Assembly (NCBI GenBank): GCA_043827405.1
Contig: JBDRPD010000031.1
Span: 1-24,331, forward strand
From: Elusimicrobiota bacterium
GTDB lineage: Bacteria; Elusimicrobiota; Elusimicrobia; UBA1565
DNA length: 24,331 nucleotides
Direction of reading: 5' to 3'
The translations under genes and the position numbers were made by a program. The notes beneath the pieces are model-generated. The model was not told the origin of the DNA. It saw only the letters and a list, made by a program, of their open reading frames with translations, and did no database searches. Of the stretch, positions 18,699 through 24,331 are shown in pieces. The number at the start of each line of letters is the position of its first letter. The first letter of the stretch is position 1.

Positions 18699-19682
18699 CT
18701 AGAAGCCCGCGCGGCAGCGCGGATCTAGCGCGTCGCGCATGAAGAGCTCCGGCCCCTGATCGGTGATGCGGAAGCCCCAGCGTTCATGCCCCCACAGCGG
18801 CTGCGTCTTGGTATAGGCGAATATATACGGCCGGCCGCGGCGGTTGGGATCATACGCCACGAACTGCATCTGGCGGGTCTCCACGTTGAGCTCATGCGGC
18901 ATCTCCTCGCAGTCGCCCATCGGCTTGATTCCGTTGAACATGCGCAGGCAGCGGCGGTAGGTCTGTGATATCTGCGTTCCCTCGACCAGGACGAAGGCGT
19001 CGGCAAAGCCGAGGTAGCGGATCTTGGAGCCGAAATCTATCTTGAACTGCACCGCCTGCGGGTCGGGATCCTTGGCGAAGGCATGGCCCTTCTCATCGGT
19101 CACGTCGATCTGAAAAGCGCCGCTGCGCAGATCGGAAACCACCGCCGCGCGGATGGCATCCTGCAGCTTCTGGTACGTCTGCTCCTTGACCTCGTTGCGC
19201 AGCGGGTAGAACCAGGAGCGCTTCTTGTCGAAAGTCTTGCCTTTCGGCAGCAGCAGCGCGATAATGGGCGTTCCCACCGCGGCGAACTTCTTGGCCGAAC
19301 CGGCGGTCAGCAGATAGGCGGTACGCGGCACCGGATGTCTTCCCTCGCAGGCGGCGATCCAGGTCCGGGTGGTGCCGCCGACGCGGAATACATCGACCCC
19401 GCTGCTGCCGATCACCGCCAGCAGGCTTCCCTGGCGCACGCGGCGGCGGCTCATCTGCGGCTCGCGGTCGACCAGCATCCAGCGGCCGCCGGCCTCATAG
19501 ACCGGATAAATTCCGGGCCGGCTCTTGCCCTGGGTCAGCGGACGCTTCTCTTCCACGTCGGGTCCCACCTGGATATCACCGCGGCCGCGCTTTTCCTTGG
19601 ACACAGGCTTATCCCCGGAAATGACGCCCGCGCTCCAAACCGGAGCCGCGAACAGCAGCAGCATTAAGGCGCTCTTAAGCAT
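18699..19682 (-). CDS. Secreted hypothetical protein
   Basis: 327 aa ORF with signal peptide MLKSALMLLLFAAPVWSA and four Cys; -10 TAGAAT 7 nt before the ATG. Confidence 0.8.
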   Translation of the reverse strand: MLKSALMLLLFAAPVWSAGVISGDKPVSKEKRGRGDIQVGPDVEEKRPLTQGKSRPGIYPVYEAGGRWMLVDREPQMSRRRVRQGSLLAVIGSSGVDVFRVGGTTRTWIAACEGRHPVPRTAYLLTAGSAKKFAAVGTPIIALLLPKGKTFDKKRSWFYPLRNEVKEQTYQKLQDAIRAAVVSDLRSGAFQIDVTDEKGHAFAKDPDPQAVQFKIDFGSKIRYLGFADAFVLVEGTQISQTYRRCLRMFNGIKPMGDCEEMPHELNVETRQMQFVAYDPNRRGRPYIFAYTKTQPLWGHERWGFRITDQGPELFMRDALDPRCRAGF

Positions 19683-19756
19683 GGCGGATATTCTACTATA
19701 GCAGGCCCTGATTACAATTTTTGGACAGCCCCATCCTCCTCATGGAGTCCTTATTA

Positions 19757-19854
19757 TGGGCCCGGGGGCCCAGCGCAAAAAGGGCCCTTTATCCGCGGTC
19801 ATTTAGGCTTATCGGCTCGTGTAGGATAATCCGTGTTGCGACATACTATGCGGG
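19757..19854 (+). promoter_or_regulatory. Triple GGGCC-box array plus -10 upstream of the 19855 gene
   Basis: TGGGCC 19757 (palindrome TGGGCC-N4-GGCCCA), AGGGCC 19781, TAGGCT 19804; CATACT/TACTAT at 19842-19849. Confidence 0.6.
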
Positions 19855-20712
19855 ATGCGTGTGAAATCAGCAGTCTTTTTCACGATTGCTGCGCTCCTCG
19901 GCGTCGCGTCCTATTCCCATGGCGCGCTTCCCGGGGGTCTTGCTGCGGGCGCGCGGCTGTGGGCCGCCGCCGGAACCGAAGTCCCCGCGATTGACAACGG
20001 CGGGGTGGTCTTCGAGCCGGAGAAGCTGCGGCTCAGGGGCGAGACGCGCAAGGGCGATTACCAGCAAGTCCCCGCCGCCGCGCCGGAAGCGAGCGTCCAT
20101 CTCGGCGCCATCTTCAACCGGCAATGGAAGCAGGCCGAAGTTCTGGGCATTGCGGACGACCAGCTGTTTCTCAGCATAACCTTTGATCTCGAAGGCGACG
20201 CCTACCTGTCGATTATGGCCGCGCAGTGGGAGCAGCCGAACTTCTACAAGCTGGAGCGGACGCTGCACGGTGAATGGGAGCTCCCCGGCGGCAAGTACAG
20301 CGTCGACCTCGACGTCAGCATTTTCCGCGAGCGCATCAGCAACTACATCGTCATCAGGAAGGAAGGCGTCGAGCAGCCGGTCTACCGCAAGCGCATCAAG
20401 CACCTGCTGCTGCAGGCCTATTTATCCGGCCGGCGCATAACTTTGGGCGGCCGCGAGTACATGGTGTTTTTCTCCTTCGACCTGGACGGCGCGAACAAGC
20501 CGGCGCAGATGCGCAAAGACAAGTTCGGCATCGTGCTGGTCCACGATGACCGGGACGGCGAAGAGCACAATTTCTATACCTACATCATCGCCTATTCCGA
20601 TCTGACAGCGGATCAGGTCCTGCGCAAGGAGTTCTTCGGCGATTATCCGGCGGGGCTGCGCATCGCCGAGGACAATACCACGCTCGAGATTTACGGCTTG
20701 TCGAAACCGTAG
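19855..20712 (+). CDS. Secreted hypothetical protein, beta-rich
   Basis: 285 aa ORF with signal peptide MRVKSAVFFTIAALLGVASYSHGA and normal codon usage. Confidence 0.82.
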   Translation: MRVKSAVFFTIAALLGVASYSHGALPGGLAAGARLWAAAGTEVPAIDNGGVVFEPEKLRLRGETRKGDYQQVPAAAPEASVHLGAIFNRQWKQAEVLGIADDQLFLSITFDLEGDAYLSIMAAQWEQPNFYKLERTLHGEWELPGGKYSVDLDVSIFRERISNYIVIRKEGVEQPVYRKRIKHLLLQAYLSGRRITLGGREYMVFFSFDLDGANKPAQMRKDKFGIVLVHDDRDGEEHNFYTYIIAYSDLTADQVLRKEFFGDYPAGLRIAEDNTTLEIYGLSKP

Positions 20713-21623
20713 TAGACCAGCGATCCCAGGAAGGTCTCGAACGCCGCATGCTCGCGCTTGAAGCTCGCCGCGGGCGCCCGAAAGCGCAGCACCAGGAAGC
20801 CGTCCTCGATAGCGCGCAGATGCACGCATTCATGCTCCACGCTGCGCACCGCGCCGTGCGCGCGCTCCTCGCGCGCCATGATCCGCAGGCGATACATGCT
20901 GGGCTTGGGGATGCGCGGGACCTCGTCGCCGCGGCCGACCGCCATGATCACTTCTCGGCCGAAGCAGGCGGCGATGATCTTGCGCTCGGTCGAACGCAGC
21001 GAGACGCGCTGATGCTCGCCCAAGCGCTTCTTTCTGCGCATGCGCCGGTAGTCGCCGAGCATGCCCCAGGCATCGAGCCGCCGGCAGCGGTACAGGCGGT
21101 AGGCTTCGCCGCCGACCAGGAAGCGCCGGCGCTCGAAGAGGCTCAAGCGGGGCGGAGGGAAATGCGCGCCTAGATAGTCGGAATAGGGGTCGCCGCTGCC
21201 GATGCGGCGGGTGAAGCGCACGAACTCCAGGCCGTGACGGACCGGGAACTCCAGCGCCCCGACCTTATGCCGGGTCTCGCGCGGCGTCTCCCCTGCGGGA
21301 GCGAGGTTGCGCAGGAACAGCTCCTTGTCGGCCGCGCTGCCGTCGGCCGCGCTGTAGCGCTCGACCAAAATAGCGGCTTCCCCCACGCGCAGCGTTTTGC
21401 TGAAGACCGCGAGCACGGGCGCGCCCATCTCGCCGGAGGACTGCCGGTAGCCTTCCGCCAGCACCGCCCGCAGCAGCGGCGCCGTCGAGCGCCTGGCGTC
21501 ATATACCGTAATGGGAGCGCGGCGGACGCCCAAGGGGTCGCCGGCGGCGTAAACCGGTCCGCCGGCCCGCGCGGCGGCGCAGCAGGAACCAAGGAGCGCG
21601 AGGGCCGTCGCAAAGCGCAGCAT
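20691..21623 (-). CDS. Secreted hypothetical protein with a PsbP/DcrB-like C-terminus
   Basis: 310 aa ORF with signal peptide MLRFATALALLGSCCAAARA; C-terminal GFLVLRFRAPAASFKREHAAFETFLGSL. Confidence 0.75.
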   Translation of the reverse strand: MLRFATALALLGSCCAAARAGGPVYAAGDPLGVRRAPITVYDARRSTAPLLRAVLAEGYRQSSGEMGAPVLAVFSKTLRVGEAAILVERYSAADGSAADKELFLRNLAPAGETPRETRHKVGALEFPVRHGLEFVRFTRRIGSGDPYSDYLGAHFPPPRLSLFERRRFLVGGEAYRLYRCRRLDAWGMLGDYRRMRRKKRLGEHQRVSLRSTERKIIAACFGREVIMAVGRGDEVPRIPKPSMYRLRIMAREERAHGAVRSVEHECVHLRAIEDGFLVLRFRAPAASFKREHAAFETFLGSLVYYGFDKP

Positions 21624-21646
21624 GACTAATACTATAATATCGGCTC
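21624..21646. promoter_or_regulatory. Overlapping divergent -10 boxes in a 23-bp gap
   Basis: TATAAT (+, 21633-21638) 8 nt before the galE ATG; TATAGT (-, 21631-21636) 7 nt before ATG 21623; no Shine-Dalgarno sequence. Confidence 0.65.
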
Positions 21647-22624
21647 ATGGCTGACGAGAGCATTCTGGTCGTCGGCGGCGCGGGCTATATCGGCTCGCAG
21701 TGCGCCAAGGAGCTGAAAAAGGCCGGGTTTGAGCCCGTCGTCCTGGACAACCTGTGTACGGGCTATCGCGACAACGTGCGCTGGGGACCGTTCATCGAGG
21801 GCGACATCGGCGACAGCGCCCTGCTCGACGAAGTATTCAGCAGCCGCCGCTTCGCCGGCGTCATGCATTTCGCCGCGCATGCCTTGGTCGGCGAATCCAT
21901 GGAGAACCCCGGCAAGTATTACCGCAATAACGTCGCCGCCACGCTCAACCTGCTGCAGGCCATGGTTCGCGCCAAGACGGCGAACTTCATCTTCTCCTCG
22001 ACCTGCGCCGTCTACGGCGAGCCCGAGCAGGTCCCGCTCCGCGAAGACCATCCGCGGCGGCCGATCAACCCCTACGGCCGCAGCAAGCTGATGGTCGAAG
22101 AGATGCTGCAGGATTTCGACGCCGCCTACGGTCTGCGCTACAGCGCGCTGCGCTACTTCAACGCCGCCGGCGCCGACCCGGAGGGCGAGACCGGCGAGGC
22201 GCATGATCCTGAAACGCATATCATACCGCTGGCCATCCAGGCCGCCTTGGGCAGACGCGCCGGGCTCAAGGTTTTCGGCGCCGACTACGACACCCCGGAC
22301 GGCACCTGCCTGCGCGACTACATCCATACCGTCGACCTGAGCGCGGCGCATATCCTGGCGCTCCGCCGGCTGCTGGACGGGGGCGCCAGCGCCGCCTACA
22401 ACCTCGGCAACGAGGAGGGCCGCTCGGTGCTGGAAGTCATCGCCGCCGTCAAAAAGGCGTCCGGCAAGGACTTCAAGGTCGAGCAGGTGGAACGCCGCCC
22501 CGGCGATCCGGCCCGGCTGATCGGCTCCTCCGCCAAAATCAAGCAGGAGCTGGGCTGGTCGCCGCGCTACGGCGAACTGGAGACCATGGTGCGGACCGCC
22601 TGGGACTGGGCCCAGCGCCGCTAG
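21647..22624 (+). CDS. galE: UDP-glucose 4-epimerase
   Basis: GGAGYIGS, HFAA..VGES, FSSTCAVYG, NPYGRSK (YxxxK), LRYFNAAGAD, DGTCLRDYIH, RRPGDP. Confidence 0.96.
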   Translation: MADESILVVGGAGYIGSQCAKELKKAGFEPVVLDNLCTGYRDNVRWGPFIEGDIGDSALLDEVFSSRRFAGVMHFAAHALVGESMENPGKYYRNNVAATLNLLQAMVRAKTANFIFSSTCAVYGEPEQVPLREDHPRRPINPYGRSKLMVEEMLQDFDAAYGLRYSALRYFNAAGADPEGETGEAHDPETHIIPLAIQAALGRRAGLKVFGADYDTPDGTCLRDYIHTVDLSAAHILALRRLLDGGASAAYNLGNEEGRSVLEVIAAVKKASGKDFKVEQVERRPGDPARLIGSSAKIKQELGWSPRYGELETMVRTAWDWAQRR

Positions 22625-22628
22625 CCTT

Positions 22629-22676
22629 CAGCGCCCCGTCCAGCACCACGTCCGGTACCCCGTCCAGCGCCCCGTC
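22629..22676. repeat. Four 12-bp tandem units flanking palindrome copy 3
   Basis: CAGCGCCCCGTC, CAGCACCACGTC, CGGTACCCCGTC, CAGCGCCCCGTC, then CGGTACC. Confidence 0.88.
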
Positions 22677-22757
22677 CGGTACCGGTTATTAACATTAACT
22701 TTCCGAAATTCAAACAGCTGTTATGCACAGGAAAGTTAATGTTAATAAACGGTACCG
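22677..22757. repeat. Palindromic intergenic element, copy 3
   Basis: 28-bp inverted repeat with 1 mismatch (22677-22704 / 22730-22757) and a 25-nt core; the right arm contains the stop codon of the convergent gene. Confidence 0.95.
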
Positions 22758-24091
22758 TCATTTTCTTTGCGCGGGAAAGCGGCGATAAACTCCCCGGTGC
22801 GCGCGTCGAACAGGCGCGCGCTGCCGTCCGGCGCCACCACCGCGACGCGGGCGCCGTCGGCGCTGTAGACGATGCGCGTCCCGCTCCGGGGATGAATAAA
22901 GCCCTGCCGCCGCCAGTCGGCGAAATGGCGGTAGGCCCAGGGCTCGCCGGCATGCAGCAGGAACCAGCCGTCCCGCGTCTTCCACCACCAATGTTCCGCG
23001 TGGCGCACCATGCGCTGGGCGCCCGCGGCGACCGTCCACCAGCGCTTGCCTTTGCGGATCAGCCAGGTCCAGCGGCCGGAATCGGCCCGGCCCCAGCTCG
23101 TTCCCATATGATAGAAGGGCACATTGGCCGCGTCGATATGCCAATGCGGCTCATCTTTCCGGCCGCGATGAGCATCTTTCTCCAGCCAGCGCTCATACTT
23201 CGGATGCTCGCCCGGCGGGACCAGGCGCTCGACATGCGCCGGACCGGGAGTCTTGCGCGTGTACGGCTTGCCGTCCGGCAGGCGTTCCGGGTACTTCCCT
23301 TTTAATGCCGAAAAAGACGGCGCCTCAAGATCTTCCGCCGGCGGCTTAAGCGCGCCCTTGCCCAGCCAGGCCGAAAGCTTGGGCGGCTTGAAGGCGATCT
23401 TACCGCGGCGCGGCTCCTTATCCTTCCTTTGCGTGCGCGCTGAATGCAGCGAGTTGTACCGCAGACCCGAATCGCCGCTCCCGAAAGAACCGCCGCGCGC
23501 GCGTCTGCCGTCAAAATCCGGCGCTCGCGTTTTCCCCCCGGCGGCACGGCGCGGACTGTGCCGCCGCTCGGCGCTGCCGGCGGCCGCCGCCGTCGCTGCC
23601 TGCCCGCGGCGCCGGTGCGCGGCCGGGACCTTGGCTGTCCGCTTTCGCTCTTTCCCCGCTGAAACCGCCGTGCCGGCCCGCCGGCTCTTCGCCGCTCGAC
23701 CGCCGCGGATCGCGGCGGACCGGTAGCGCCTGCTGCTTACTTTTCCGTCGCTCTCTCTGCGCGCCGCGGTGATGCCGTCCAAGGCGCGCGCCCAGAAACC
23801 GCTTTGCGTTCCGGTATTGAGCGCGTCCCGCAGCATCGGGTCCAGTACGAGCCGCTGTGCGGACCGCTTGCGGCCGGGGCGGCGACGGTCCCGGCGCGCA
23901 GGGCCTCGCTCTTTGGCATAGAGCTTTCCGCGCAGCAGCGCGAGCGATGAGAATCGCGCGCTTCCGGCCGCCGGCCGGCCGGCGCTCCAGAACCACCAAG
24001 GCCGCGGCAAAGCCCTCCTGAACGCCGGGAGGCAGGCCGCGATCAGCCCCGCGTAGAGCGCCGCGACGATCACATGGCGGTAGCGCCGCAT
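22742..24091 (-). CDS. Hypothetical protein: N-terminal membrane anchor, basic low-complexity stalk, Trp-rich C-terminal domain
   Basis: 449 aa ORF with a hydrophobic N-terminus and an Arg/Ala/Gly/Ser-rich middle; C-terminal GRWTWLIRKGKRWW..HWWWKTRDGWFLLH..YSADGARVAVV..LFDARTGE. Confidence 0.75.
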   Translation of the reverse strand: MRRYRHVIVAALYAGLIAACLPAFRRALPRPWWFWSAGRPAAGSARFSSLALLRGKLYAKERGPARRDRRRPGRKRSAQRLVLDPMLRDALNTGTQSGFWARALDGITAARRESDGKVSSRRYRSAAIRGGRAAKSRRAGTAVSAGKERKRTAKVPAAHRRRGQAATAAAAGSAERRHSPRRAAGGKTRAPDFDGRRARGGSFGSGDSGLRYNSLHSARTQRKDKEPRRGKIAFKPPKLSAWLGKGALKPPAEDLEAPSFSALKGKYPERLPDGKPYTRKTPGPAHVERLVPPGEHPKYERWLEKDAHRGRKDEPHWHIDAANVPFYHMGTSWGRADSGRWTWLIRKGKRWWTVAAGAQRMVRHAEHWWWKTRDGWFLLHAGEPWAYRHFADWRRQGFIHPRSGTRIVYSADGARVAVVAPDGSARLFDARTGEFIAAFPRKENDGTVY

Positions 24092-24148
24092 GCCTAATTA
24101 TGCAGCGGCCGCGCCGCGGGAAGCAGGGCCGATAGCGCCGCCGGGCCA

Positions 24149-24187
24149 AGAAAAAGGACCCGGGCCTTATTGGGGCCCGGGTCCTTT
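24149..24187 (-). terminator. Rho-independent terminator, possibly bidirectional
   Basis: 14-bp stem AAAGGACCCGGGCC (24153-24166) / GGCCCGGGTCCTTT (24174-24187), 7-nt loop, U-tract on the minus strand; about 20 nt after the TAA at 24208. Confidence 0.85.
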
Positions 24188-24207
24188 ATTGATTCTGTAT
24201 CCTTGCC

Positions 24208-24331
24208 TTACATGCAGCTGGTGCAGCTCGGCGACGAAGGCGAAGTCGTCGTGGTCTCCACGTTCTGCGACGGGTTCTCTACCGGAGCGTCATCGGTCGT
24301 CGCCGGCTCCTCGACAAACGTCTCATCGCCC
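24208..24331 (-). CDS. 3' end of a gene truncated by the right edge; acidic Pro/Thr/Ser-rich tail
   Basis: Reads ..GDETFVEEPATTDDAPVENPSQNVETTTTSPSSPSCTSCM* and is followed by the terminator. Confidence 0.65.
   Translation of the reverse strand, partial: GDETFVEEPATTDDAPVENPSQNVETTTTSPSSPSCTSCM

Noticed and set aside
7514..22757. Palindromes as CRISPR repeats
   Set aside because: The copies are kilobases apart, the arms are inverted rather than direct, and there are no cas genes.
7514..22757. Palindromes as integron attC sites (TAAC...GTTA boxes)
   Set aside because: Poor fit to RYYYAAC/GTTRRRY, no typical extrahelical bases, flanking genes are convergent housekeeping genes, and no integrase is present.

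Overview
GC-rich bacterial chromosomal window; the protein style and intergenic motifs suggest Elusimicrobiota, but that is only an impression. It holds the 5' part of a giant secreted multi-beta-propeller/FN3 protein that the ORF track missed, rluE, a large secreted helical protein ending in a ubiquitin/ThiS-like domain, and a class I SAM methyltransferase. Next come an 11-gene Mrp-type Na+/H+ antiporter operon with three antiporter-like subunits, glutamine-dependent nadE, a lipoprotein-beta-barrel fusion, a PilZ membrane protein, several secreted hypotheticals and galE. The most notable non-coding signal is a dispersed family of long AT-rich palindromes (3 copies, 25-28 bp arms CGGTACCGGTTWTTAACATTAACWTTCC). 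They show compensatory changes, an inverted core and degenerate 12-bp tandem units on one flank, and they occupy every non-overlapping convergent gene junction. There is also a recurrent GGGCC-box promoter architecture and apparently widespread leaderless transcription. No transposase, integrase, CRISPR array, tRNA or rRNA was seen.
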